This document shows positions 12,833-24,278 of a stretch of 64,000 bases of DNA, in pieces. The notes below the pieces were generated by a model. It saw only the letters and a program-made list of their open reading frames with translations, was not told where the DNA came from and ran no database searches. This DNA is from Octopus sinensis (lineage: Eukaryota). The position numbers were made by a program, and so were the translations under genes. The DNA lies in contig NC_043000.1 of the NCBI RefSeq assembly GCF_006345805.1, positions 62,744,001 to 62,808,000 on the forward strand. The letters are read 5' to 3'. Numbering within the stretch: the first letter of the stretch is position 1; the number at the start of each line of letters is the position of its first letter.

Positions 12833-13276
12833 GTGGACGGAGTTTTATTTTACCACAAAAGAACTCATTACACCTTTGGATCTACTCCATTAGTTGTATG
12901 GTTGAAACCGTACATGCTTCCTGAAATTTTGGACATTTCAGTTCCTGAAAAGATGTTGGCTAACATGCCACCCTCGTATTCAAATTACTCTCAACATTTA
13001 TTAAATGTTAAGAAAGAAAAAGAAAGAGTATCACAGCAGAAAATAGTTAACACTCAGAAATCTCGTGATTCACCTGAACTTGCTAATAAAAGTGCACGCA
13101 ACAGAGGCAAGAAAAAGAAGAAAAAGAAGAAGAAAAAGCAAAACCAAACAGCTGATGAGAATGAGATTGAGATAGATGATGATATACAACAGACATCTGA
13201 GTGTGGGATGGAAACTAGTCACTTAAAAGATACAGAGTCAATGACAGAGATAACAATGAAGGAAGCTATTAAATAA
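12833..13276 (+). CDS. SNUPN: Snurportin-1 terminal coding exon (VDGVLFYHKRTHYTFGSTPLVVWLKPYM...TAA)
   Basis: ttttcag acceptor, VDG.LFYHK..HY..GSTPLV.WL.PYM motif, stop TAA at 13274-13276. Confidence 0.96.
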   Translation: MDGVLFYHKRTHYTFGSTPLVVWLKPYMLPEILDISVPEKMLANMPPSYSNYSQHLLNVKKEKERVSQQKIVNTQKSRDSPELANKSARNRGKKKKKKKKKKQNQTADENEIEIDDDIQQTSECGMETSHLKDTESMTEITMKEAIK

Positions 13277-13295
13277 ATAAATAAATGTTTGTTTT
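13272..13295 (+). terminator. Candidate polyadenylation signal cluster (three overlapping AATAAA) plus T-rich element
   Basis: aataaataaataaa overlaps the SNUPN stop codon and is followed by tgtttgtttt. Confidence 0.45.
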
Positions 13296-13297
13296 AA

Positions 13298-13570
13298 ATA
13301 TCATGTTGAAGGCACTAGTTTTCATCTGATAACCAAATTTAATCAACATTGAGCCTAGTTAGTACTTAGATGGGTGACCATTTGGGGAACCTAGGTGCAG
13401 TAAGCACCTTTCAGTTTTAACTGTGTGTATCTTGGTATTTAGAATAGATACCATGTGTCCCTGCTTGTCATTTAGAGATGACCAAAAGGGTTGGCATCTG
13501 GAAGGGATTCTGGCCGTAAAACACTGCAAAATGTCCTGCCCAAAACATGTTAGCATGGAGAGGCTGGCAG
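13298..13570 (+). mobile_element. 5S rRNA-derived SINE (SINE3-like) or 5S pseudogene with a retroposon-like body
   Basis: 13298-13405 aligns by eye along nearly the whole 5S rRNA, including box C-like 'ttagtacttagatgggtgacc' and the 3' end 'ggtgcagtaagc'. Downstream 'gttggcatctggaaggg...gtaaaac' resembles the RTE/SINE 3' region at about 54120-54160. Confidence 0.75.
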
Positions 13571-14699
13571 AAACCAATGATTTAGTGTTTCAGTGTACTT
13601 CAGTGGGCTAGTTGATGTGAATATCTGATCATTTAAACTAAGCTGTTTTGTTTTGTGGCAAAGATGATATCTATAACAAATCTTCATTAGTCTATTATGG
13701 AAAATGTATGACTGCTGTAATAATCTGTAAGCCAATTTTTATTGAGCCATTTCACTACTTACGTCTCTTGTGATTTTTTAACCTGATCTCCAGCCTAAAG
13801 GGGCATGGGAATATCACATTACTTGAAAATGTCTCTCTGATCCTATCTGTCTTACTTAGGGTTACTGGGCATTTTCTTTTAAGTTTAAGAAATGTTCCTA
13901 AATTCAGTAGAACTATTCTTAGCAAAATTGTAATTAGTTTTAGAAATAGTGTGATTAAGAATTCTATCATTTAGCTTCGATATCATGTCAGATAATTTTA
14001 TATTTTCATTGTTTGGTATTACTAATTTTGAAATAACTGTATAAATGTATTATGTGTATGTAGAAAACTGCAATTAAATGACTACTAATCTTAGGTAGTA
14101 CAGTGCAGATAATGGGTTGTGTCCAAGGTAAAAAAGGTATAATACCTTTATTCTGTCATTGCTTGAAGTATCAGTACTCTATGCTAGCTGCAAATGTTGA
14201 GTTCCACTCCTTCTTTGGGTGTACTTTGAAGTGAGATGTGTTCTGCCAAGTGATTTGCTCAAGATACTCTACTTCTGCTTCCATACAATTTCAGACTGTG
14301 GACTAATATTTTTAATGAAATTTGTGTTCCATATTAATATATGTAACAAAATAGGTTATCAACTAATAATCATCATCTAATCAAAACTTTCATGAAAAAA
14401 ATTAGGAAAAAATATTTTTAAATTACAAAACTAATATAGTTGCTTTTAATGTTTATATATTTTTTTTTTGATGTCCATGGACTTCTTAGATTTGGAGTTA
14501 CATACTAATGAATGAACATAATTAAATCATATTATTTATTAAACTAAGTTGAAAATATAATATAAAAATTAAACATATATTCACTAATGAATGAAAATCA
14601 ACCAAAGACAAAAAAGAATGCAAAAGAGAATTATTTTGATATACTAACGTGAAAAATTAAATTGCTATCACAAAACACTTGTAAGAAGTTGATTTCTAA

Positions 14700-16520
14700 C
14701 CTCAAATCTTGCTCAACTTATTCTTGTAGTTATATTTTTAAGAAAACTGAAGCAAAGATTCATATTTAGGCATAACATCACAAAATCATAAGAAAGAGGT
14801 ATAGTTTATTGAATTGATTCTTGTATATTATTGGTGCTTATTTTATTGAATCAAAATGGATGGAGAGCAAATTTTGTCCCAGTTGGATTTTAACTCAGAA
14901 CATAATTGACATAATTACATAGTTAATTAATGTTTTTCATCTGTTATTTCTGTTACTCCAACACTTTAATAATAGTAAAGAATTTGTAATCTTTCTGCAG
15001 TGTTGTAACAAAAGACATTAAAAATCAAACTGTTTTCTTAGAAAAATTTGGATAATTTTCTTGATGACCGAAGTTACTTAGGGAAACATTCCGAAATTTT
15101 TGTTTCAGTGCAGTTTGCATGAAAGTTTAAGTAATGGAATCTACTTCTAGTTCATTAAATACTGAATGGTTGTGTTATCCATTTTCTCATGAACTTTAAG
15201 AATATTTATTTTTGTGCCTTGCAAATTCAAATTTAATCCATTTAAAACATAAAATATGCTGCATAAGTTGGCCAAATTTTCTGATTGATCAGATTCATAA
15301 AAATCTATCTTCAAATTAAATATAACATCTATTATCAATGGAGGGTGTTGATCTAAAACAACAAAAATTTATTTTTTCATTAAAAAAAAATCACTTTCCA
15401 AAACATTTCCTTTTGATAATTAACAATATTAAAGGAGAAATACATATTCACTTCATACAGTAAAAGTCCTGCAATTCAATAGATGAAAGTTTGTACGATT
15501 TAATAAGTTCACACACACTTCGAACACCTGAGGGCTTACATTTCACCATTTAAGCTTGTCTGTGAGTAAATATAATACATCTATACAAAGTTTGGTGCAA
15601 CTTATTGATTTTCTGGAAGTATGGGCAACCCAACATTGCCCATACTTCATTGCTATTTAGTTCTAAACTTATTTTCTGAGTCAATGTTTTATTTATTGAT
15701 AAAATCATTCATGAGTAAAATTCTATGGTCACCTTTGAATTTTTTTCTTGTTTTATTGAGGAAGCATGAACTTTTACCATGCATTTTATACCAGCGATCC
15801 TCAACGTTTTTTGCACCAGAGACTGAGTTCATTCAAGACAATTTTTCACAGACTGGTCGATCACGCACACAACAAAATACAATAAAGTGCATAATATATA
15901 ATTTAATTATTATATATTATATGCATAATGCAAAAATTCCCTGCAGACTGTGACAGTAAAAAAAATAGAAATAAAATCTAAAAATTTATTTATTCTTTGT
16001 GGTCTGGTGCTAATCTATGGCCTGGTGGTTGGAGACCCCACTTTCATACAACAATTATAATAAATCTGAATAAACTGCCATAGTATTATTATAAACAAGA
16101 ATGTTTTTTTTTTTTTTCTGAGGATTTCATTGTCCATAATTGGTTCTGTTCATTTATACACAAGTGACTACTGTATACAAACAAAAACAATGGAACAAAT
16201 TTCAATTCAGTAATGATAAGAAATATTAATACGTGCAAACATGAGTAACAGTGTTGATTTAGATAGGTGAATTAAAGGTGCATTGAGTACTACATGTGTA
16301 CTTGCAAAAAGGAAATTTCTGGTCAAATTTTCAGTCCTCTGTATTTGCAGAATTAGATCCCAAAACAAGGGTTTAAGCATATGGTCATTGTCGTGCCCCA
16401 ACTACAATGCATTGATCAACATCAATCCACAATGCTCTCTACACTAAAGCTTTTGATATTCGTATGTTTGATGGAACAATCATTCTAATATTTTCTTAAT
16501 ACCTGTACTTGGTTGTATAT
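14700..16520 (-). mobile_element. Highly decayed hAT (Buster/Charlie, ZBED5-like) transposase fossil
   Basis: Remnant motifs 'LANLCSIF..LNGLNLNLQG', 'LSKGNVLE' (RWLSRG-like) and 'CIIFTHRQA' (CxxH-like). Boundaries approximate. Confidence 0.55.
15792..16041. mobile_element. hAT-type MITE nested in the hAT fossil
   Basis: Imperfect TIRs CAGCGATCCTCAAC / GTTGGAGACCCCAC. Confidence 0.55.
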
Positions 16521-17453
16521 CATAGTCTAAAAAAATACTGCATTACTTAAGGATGAAACTTACGGACTTTCCCTCTAAACCATTAAGCTATGGAACTCTG
16601 GCACACTACCATGGATAGTAGCTTGATATTTAAGAACTTTTTTACTCCTTTTTTTTTTTAAATTATTTCATTTTTTGTCATTTCCTTGACATTGTTGGTC
16701 AGTGATGAAACTTAGATCAAGTATCAATTGTTCATCAATGAAACTTAGCTCAGATATTAATTAGTTGAGTGTTATCTGATCCTGCCAATTAACAATAGAA
16801 TGATCATGCAGCATTAATGCATCCTTTCCTGCAGTATCTTTTTGCAAACTTAGATCTTGGTAAACTTAAACTTAGAATCTTATAAGAGTGAATAGCTGTG
16901 ATCATAAATGTGAAGATCTTTATAAAATCTTTTGAAGTGGATGTAGACAGGATGTATTTTAGTTCCAGTTATTGTAGCTTTTAAATCAAATATTACTTGT
17001 TGAGACTCGTGACTTGATGATTGTTGCCAAATATTTCTATTAAATGGTAGTTTGGAATTCAGATAATCTGAATCATTATTTGAAATTAACGATGGTTCAA
17101 TGGTAAGCCATGTGCAGTTCAATATTAAGCTTATAGAATTATAAGATTTCTTTTCTTTGTTCTAGTATTGTCCTGATACTATATTTTCTTTCTGAAATTT
17201 GTATTATCAAAACTAGGTTGTGTTATTAGAATTAGTTTAATTAGTGCTCTGTATGAGTATGGTGCTTTTATTTTAATTTAGACTAGACTAGAATTTCAAT
17301 GAAATGCTGGTTAATGACACATAAAATATTTACTTCATTTTCTTGCAGTACTGTGCTTCACCATTTGTTCAGGTTGTCTAAGCCAGCAGCTGTTGAGTGT
17401 CTTCTTTTTGGGTACACCAGTACATGTGTCAGGATACAAACCATTGTATCAAA

Positions 17454-17685
17454 GGCGGTGAGCTGGCAGAAACGTTAGCACGTCGGGCGAAATGCTTAGC
17501 AGTATTTCGTCTGCCATTACGTTCTGAGTTAAAATTCCGCTGAGGTCGACTTTACCTTTCATCCTTTCGGGGTCGATAAATTAAGTACCAGTTACGCACT
17601 GGGGTTGATGTAATCGACTTAATACCTATGTCTGTCCTTGTTTGTCCCCTCTACGTTTAGCCCCTTGTGGGTAATAAAGAAATAA
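17454..17685 (+). mobile_element. Full-length tRNA-derived SINE with a 14-bp TSD
   Basis: Starts GGCGGTGAGCTGGCAGAA. GATACAAACCATTG occurs at 17433-17446 and 17686-17699. Many homologues in the window. Confidence 0.85.
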
Positions 17686-18346
17686 GATACAAACCATTGA
17701 ACCATTCAGTTTACTGCATTGCTAGTAGATAGTCTCTTGTGTCAGTCAGCTGTGATTGTTGCTTTTTGGACAGTAAAACAATGATTTAGATGCTTTGTTA
17801 TATCAAGTTTGGTAATACATGCTTCTAATGTCAAATCCTGATAGAATCAATAAAAGGAATATTTCTGTTATATCGGAAGCAAGTCATTTAAGTACCACAT
17901 TAGGAGTAACTTGAGTGTTTTGGCAGAAAAAAAATATTACAACAAAAGATGCTATGTAATTGTTGATATGACAATAAACTCAATACTTCTTGTATATATT
18001 ACTGAAACATTTGTTGTGTTTAATTACTTTTATGTTTGGCTGGAACCCATGCATAAACATTTGTCATTTCTTGTCCAATTTAAGAACTTCACTTTCACAT
18101 GAAATACATTTTTAGGATCTGCATAATGAAAATAATGCAAACATTAAGTTAACATTGGATCCCATGTTGAATACTGTTTTGTAATGATCAAATTTTGACA
18201 TATTTTCAATATTCAATTTGTATATTCTTTCCAGTAACAGATGTAAACATCTCATCTGTTATACTATTTTGATTCCATTGCACATGAAAATATAACCAAA
18301 AATTGTTCTTAGTCAAAGAAAAAAATACATTGCTTGCATGTCTTAA

Positions 18347-18563
18347 CCCTATCGTTACAACCCAGCTGAAACAGGCTCTGGCTCTGAGTACAAATGTCTT
18401 GTTTTTGTAAGTTTTGAATTAAAATCTTCCACCAAACCATAGTCACAATTTATGTTCCTAACACTAGTTGAATGATAACTAAGTTATTTTACTAAAGTCT
18501 TTGTTATATATAAAGTAATTCAAAGAAACACAGCATCTCAAAATAAATACGGTAACGGAAGGG
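18347..18563. mobile_element. piggyBac-type MITE family B
   Basis: TTAA TSD, CCCT...AGGG ends, homologous to 1504-1730. Confidence 0.8.
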
Positions 18564-18701
18564 TTAAAGTTGAAGCTTTCATTATCAGCAGATGACTCAA
18601 AAAAAATTTACAGATTTACTGATGCTCTAAGCCATTTGGTTGATGAATTAATTTGAGGATTACAGAAGCCTGTTCTTTCAAATATTTTCAAACTGTATGT
18701 A

Positions 18702-19220
18702 TTGGGTTGTCTGGAAAGTTTGTGCTGATTTATAGTAGCTTAACTTTTGACTTATTTTAGAACATGGTTGAGTCCATAAAATAGGATTTGACTACACCTC
18801 CATTTAGAGCACAGTTTAATCTATCTGTTCGTGGAAGAAGGTTTATGTTCCTATAATCTGTTAATTCTGTAAACCTTTAAAATGGAAAATAAGAATGTTC
18901 ATTTTCAGCACTTGATGCTTTGGGAACCAGACAAAAATTGCTGCAGCTCGGCTGGGATGTGTTACCCCACCCTCCATATTCTCAAGATATTGCTCCTTTG
19001 GATTTCCACTTATTCAGGTCTCTGCAGAATAGTCTTAATGGTAAAAATTTCAATTCCTTGGATGAATTCTGGGAAGAGGGTATTTTCAAGTTAAAGGAAA
19101 GATGGAGACGCATTGTGCAACAAAATGGTTCATATTTGGTTGATTAAAAATGTAATGGCAAGTCTTTATTGACCTTTTTCTCTCCTTTAAAAATTGGCAC
19201 GAACTTTCCAGACAACCCAA
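18702..19220 (+). mobile_element. Internally deleted mariner element
   Basis: 30-bp TIRs (TTGGGTTGTCTGGAAAGTT...) and TA TSD. Retains the N-terminal MENKNVHF and C-terminal HPPYSQDIAPLDFHLFRSL. Confidence 0.92.
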
Positions 19221-20738
19221 TAAAATATTAGTAAAACTTTGATTCCAGAACGTAATATTTTGAGTGTTGGTTCCCTTGATATGGAAATTACAATGAGAAA
19301 TGGAAACAAAATCTTGAAGGACTTCAAATATAATATGATACCAATGATCATTTCCATTACAATTTTACTTCATTGTCTTTGTTTTGTTTTTTTTCTTTGA
19401 CTTATAGAAGCATGAAATAATGCTATTTTGAAGTAGCTGAGGTTTTCTATATGGAACATAGTTTGTAGTCTGCTTGTTAGAGACAAAGTATCTTTTTTCT
19501 CAAACTAAACAGCAAAAATAACTTGTTTGAATTCTTCACTTAACTTTACAGTCTTTTATGTTAATATTGTTCTTGTCTTTATCTGGTATCTTCTTTCTAA
19601 CTCACAGTCTATACACCAAACTGTAAGTTAAAACAGTTTTTTTAACAAGCCTGTACTGACAATTCATTTGATTGTTTACTGTTTTTAAGTAAAAGTATGA
19701 AAGAATTTGCATAAGTGATTATATGTATATAAAAATGCTCGTGTGTATGTGAATGTAATTGTATGAGAGTGTTTACATGTATATTCCTACCCTGTCTGTC
19801 TGCGATTCTTTTAGGTATTATTTCTGTCCACCTTGTCAGGCTACATCTACCTAGCTGCTTGTATGTACCTATCCACCAAACACACAACATGACCTGCTCA
19901 AACCGCTCTTGTTTGACAATAGGTCCCGAAGCCTAGCCTGAATGACATCACTGATTTCTCTTGTTAAGTTTGCTAAATCAGATCCATTCTTCACCTCCAT
20001 TTACAATTCGACGCCAAAAATGGGCATCTTGAGGATGTGTCAGCAGTTGTTAGCAAGTGTTCACATATCATTGAAGCTGGTTATTGGTCAGTTCATGAGC
20101 TTTTCAACATCTGTTTACAAGGTCAAACTTAAGGAAGTGTTGACTAGTGGTGCTTTGTGATGGATCAAGTTCTACCGAGAAAGTATGCGTACATACACTT
20201 GGTTGTTACTCAACAATTTCAAGTAGGGCCTCATCTTCCACAATGGAGGGTCTCCCTCACCTTGGTTTGTCTTTGAGGCTAGTGTCACATACCTTTTAGT
20301 GTCTGAAAAAGATACATGTTCGTTGAGAGTTACTGGGCTTTTCACATCATTAATTCTTTTTGCCACTACCCTTATATTCAGTCCTTTTTACCACAGATAG
20401 TGTAAAATAGTTCTAATTGCAATTTTACCAGCACTCATTATCAAAGCTGTAACATAAAAAAATAAAATTTAATGTTTATAAGTTATATATGAAAATAAAG
20501 AATAAACAATTCAGCAATGATTGGACATGTTGTATCAAATTAATTATATAACATGGAGATATAAGTTGCCAAAAGTCATCGCTAAAAATCTGAAAATTTT
20601 GACTCAACCTGGTACATGTATGAATTAAGTCATTTTTAATGCAGGAACTCTTATGATGTAAGCAATATATATATATATATATATATGTCCCACCCATGCT
20701 AACATGGAAATCAGACGTTAAACAATGATGATGATATA

Positions 20739-20940
20739 CAGTAATCCCACGACTATCGTGGGTGTTACATTCCAAAAATCCCTGCAATAGGTGAAAATCC
20801 GCAAAGTAGAAACACTACTGTACTGTATATTCTTTATTTTTTTATAATTTGTATATATTTATTTTATAAATGCAAAACAACGCCACAGAGGAATCAACGT
20901 AAGTTTAAATAATAAACTGTGATATGGCAATGGATTACTG
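20739..20940. mobile_element. Tigger/pogo-type MITE
   Basis: TA-flanked, TIRs CAGTAATCC...GGATTACTG. Confidence 0.7.
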
Positions 20941-20963
20941 TATATACATTATATATATATATA

Positions 20964-22173
20964 CAGGGGTTGGACAAAATAATGGAAACACCCAGCATCA
21001 TAGCATTGTAATTTTCAAATATCTATAAAACCATCAAAAGTTTGTTTATTTTTATGTTTTTTGATTTATTATTAGCATTGCTTAATATGTTTTGCTAAAA
21101 TTGCTGTTTCTTTTCAGACATCATCAGAAAAAGGTCATTAAAATTCATTAAAATGACAGACCTATCAGACTTTCAAAGAGGTCAAATTGTTGGTGCTAGC
21201 ATAATGAAAACAGCCGAAATGTTTGCTGTATGAAGAAGTACTGTCTCAAAAGTAATGACAGCCTTTGAGAAAGAGAGAAAAATTTTCCTTGTCGAAACAA
21301 AACTCCAGAAGAAAACCAAAACTTTTAGATAGGGACCGTCAGACTCTTACACAAATTGTTCACAAAAGTAAAGCTCCCAAAATTACTGCAGAGCTTTATG
21401 GCCACCTTGAGGACCCAGTTTTAACAAGAACTGTTTGCTGGGAGCTGCACAAAGCCAGATTTCACAGGAGGGCTGCAATCAGAAAACCACTACTTTCAAA
21501 AACAAAGGTTGCGAAGCATTTAGAGTGGAGTAAAAACCTAGAGCAGTGGAAGAATGTTATTTTCTGGGACAAGTCATCCTTTACCTTATTTCCGACCACC
21601 AGCCAGGTATATGTGTGGAGACAGCCAAAAGATGCATTTGACCCAGACTGCTTTCTTCCAACTGTTAAAGATGGAGGATCTGTGATGATCGGGGTGGGGG
21701 GGCTATAACATGGAAATCCGCTGGCCCAATGGTTTCCCTTCATGGCAGAACTAATAGTCAAGACTATTTCATCATTTTATCTGATCAAATTCATCCTATT
21801 GTTGCAGAAGTGCTTCTGGAGGAAAATGCAATCTTTCATGATGATAACGACCCAATTCACACAGCCAAAGTTGTTACTGAATGGCATGAGAAACATTCTA
21901 GTGAAATTGAACATCTTATTTGGCCACCACAGTCCCCAGATCTCAATATTTGGGAATATTTATGCTGCATTTTAGAAAAACAAGTAAGGAGTTGATATCC
22001 TCCACCATCATCACTACAAGAACTAGAGAGTGTTTTAGCTGAAGAATGGACAAAAATTCTTTAGGAAACAATTCAAACTTTGTACGAGTCCATACCTCGT
22101 AGAATTCAAGCTGTAATTACTGCCAAAGCAGTTTGAAATTTTAAGGTGTTTCCATTATTTTGTCCAATCCCTG
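20964..22173 (+). mobile_element. Tc1-family transposon with both TIRs and an inactivated transposase
   Basis: 29-bp TIRs (28 of 29 match) and TA TSD. ATG at 21153 (MTDLSDFQRGQIVGA). Catalytic-motif remnants IFWDKS, FHDDNDPIH and PQSPDLNIWE. Stops and frameshifts present. Confidence 0.95.
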
Positions 22174-22569
22174 TATATATAGTTCTATATTTAAAAGATA
22201 AGGAATTATGTACATTATTTACATTTGACAGATATTTGTCCTCATCTTGTTTGTTGCTAACAAGCAACAAGATGCGGACAAATATCCATCAAATACAAAT
22301 ACTGTACCCTGTATATAAATATATATAATATATATATATATATTATATATATATATATAATTTTAATCCAAAAGGGAAACAAAAAAAAACAACAACAACA
22401 GGAACAATTACAGTATTATTATTAATAGGCGCTCAGGAGATGGAAGCAGGGAGGTATGACGTTTCGAGCGGAGCTCTTCGTCGGAAACATAAAGAAGAAG
22501 AGAGAGGAAAGAAAGATCCCAGAGCGGGCAACAGGGAAAGAGAAAAAAGACGACTGGTGTTTACGAGTT

Positions 22570-22870
<301 letters not shown>

Positions 22871-23301
22871 TACACATATATATGTATTTAGATATGTTTA
22901 TATACATACATGTATATATGTGCATGAGCATGTGTGTATATATACTTTTTGTTTTTTGAAATTAGCTATTTCATCTTTAAATATGAGAAATTAAATATAT
23001 TAGATTTTCATTATATACAATCGTTTATAGAGTTTATTTTAGATCTTGATTATAATTTTTATATATATTTTCATTGATAATTTATATATATTAGTCATTT
23101 CAAATATCTATATAAGTAGATATAGACTAAATGGATATTAGAATATGGATTTTCTACCTTATAAATTAAAGTTAATATTTAACATTATAGTCGATTTCGA
23201 TATAATCATATTTAATAATAGAGTTTATTATAAGTAAATTTTTATTTAGATTATATAGATTATTTATATCTTAAAAATATTGATTATATTTTAGGTTTTG
23301 A

Positions 23302-23355
23302 AACCACCTGAAGAATGTCTCATAGAAGTGCTGACACGAAACGATCGTAGTGGTT
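23302..23355 (+). ncRNA. Type I minimal hammerhead ribozyme motif
   Basis: AACCAC-CUGAAGA-a-UGUC..GACA-c-GAAA-CGAUCG-UA-GUGGUU: 6-bp stem I, intact core, palindromic stem III and a GUA cleavage triplet. The first stem II pair is an A.C mismatch. Confidence 0.75.
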
Positions 23356-23974
23356 ATTTTAATTAAATTTTATATAAATTATTTTATGTATTGGCTTAAG
23401 TCTTTCTTTGTTTAATTTGCATAATAGTGGTTTTGTCTCTAATGTAATATAATATATTTTACTATAAAATTGGATTCAATCCTAAATCTGATTTTTCCCC
23501 TGTAAATTTGGATTTATTCCCTAATATTTATTATATATATATATACACATATATATGTATTTAGATATGTTTATATACATACATGTATATATGTGCATGA
23601 GCATGTGTGTATATATACTTTTTGTTTTTTGAAATTAGCTATTTCATCTTTAAATATGAGAAATTAAATATATTAGATTTTCATTATATACAATCGTTTA
23701 TAGAGTTTATTTTAGATCTTGATTATAATTTTTATATATATTTTCATTGATAATTTATATATATTAGTCATTTCAAATATCTATATAAGTAGATATAGAC
23801 TAAATGGATATTAGAATATGGATTTTCTACCTTATAAATTAAAGTTAATATTTAACATTATAGTCGATTTCGATATAATCATATTTAATAATAGAGTTTA
23901 TTATAAGTAAATTTTTATTTAGATTATATAGATTATTTATATCTTAAAAATATTGATTATATTTTAGGTTTTGA

Positions 23975-24028
23975 AACCACCTGAAGAATGTCTCATAGAA
24001 GTGCTGACACGAAACGATCATAGTGGTT
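23975..24028 (+). ncRNA. Second HHR copy (stem III variant, AUA triplet)
   Basis: Same as 23302-23355 except CGAUCAUA. Confidence 0.65.
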
Positions 24029-24204
24029 ATTTTAATTAAATTTTATATAAATTATTTTATGTATTGGCTTAAGTCTTTCTTTGTTTAATTTGCATAATAG
24101 TGGTTTTGTCTCTAATGTAATATAATATATTTTACTATAAAATTGGATTCAATCCTAAATCTGATTTTTCCCCTGTAAATTTGGATTTATTCCCTAATAT
24201 TTAT

Positions 24205-24278
<74 letters not shown>

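Noticed and set aside
13298-13405. Functional 5S rRNA gene
   Set aside because: Too many substitutions, a missing 5' end and no tandem array. Treated as a SINE head or pseudogene.
16880-17122. 80-aa minus-strand ORF
   Set aside because: No recognisable domain or splice context.
20172-20366. ORF containing 'DPPLWKMRPYL', reminiscent of piggyBac transposase
   Set aside because: The similarity is too short, and no TIRs or catalytic motifs were found.
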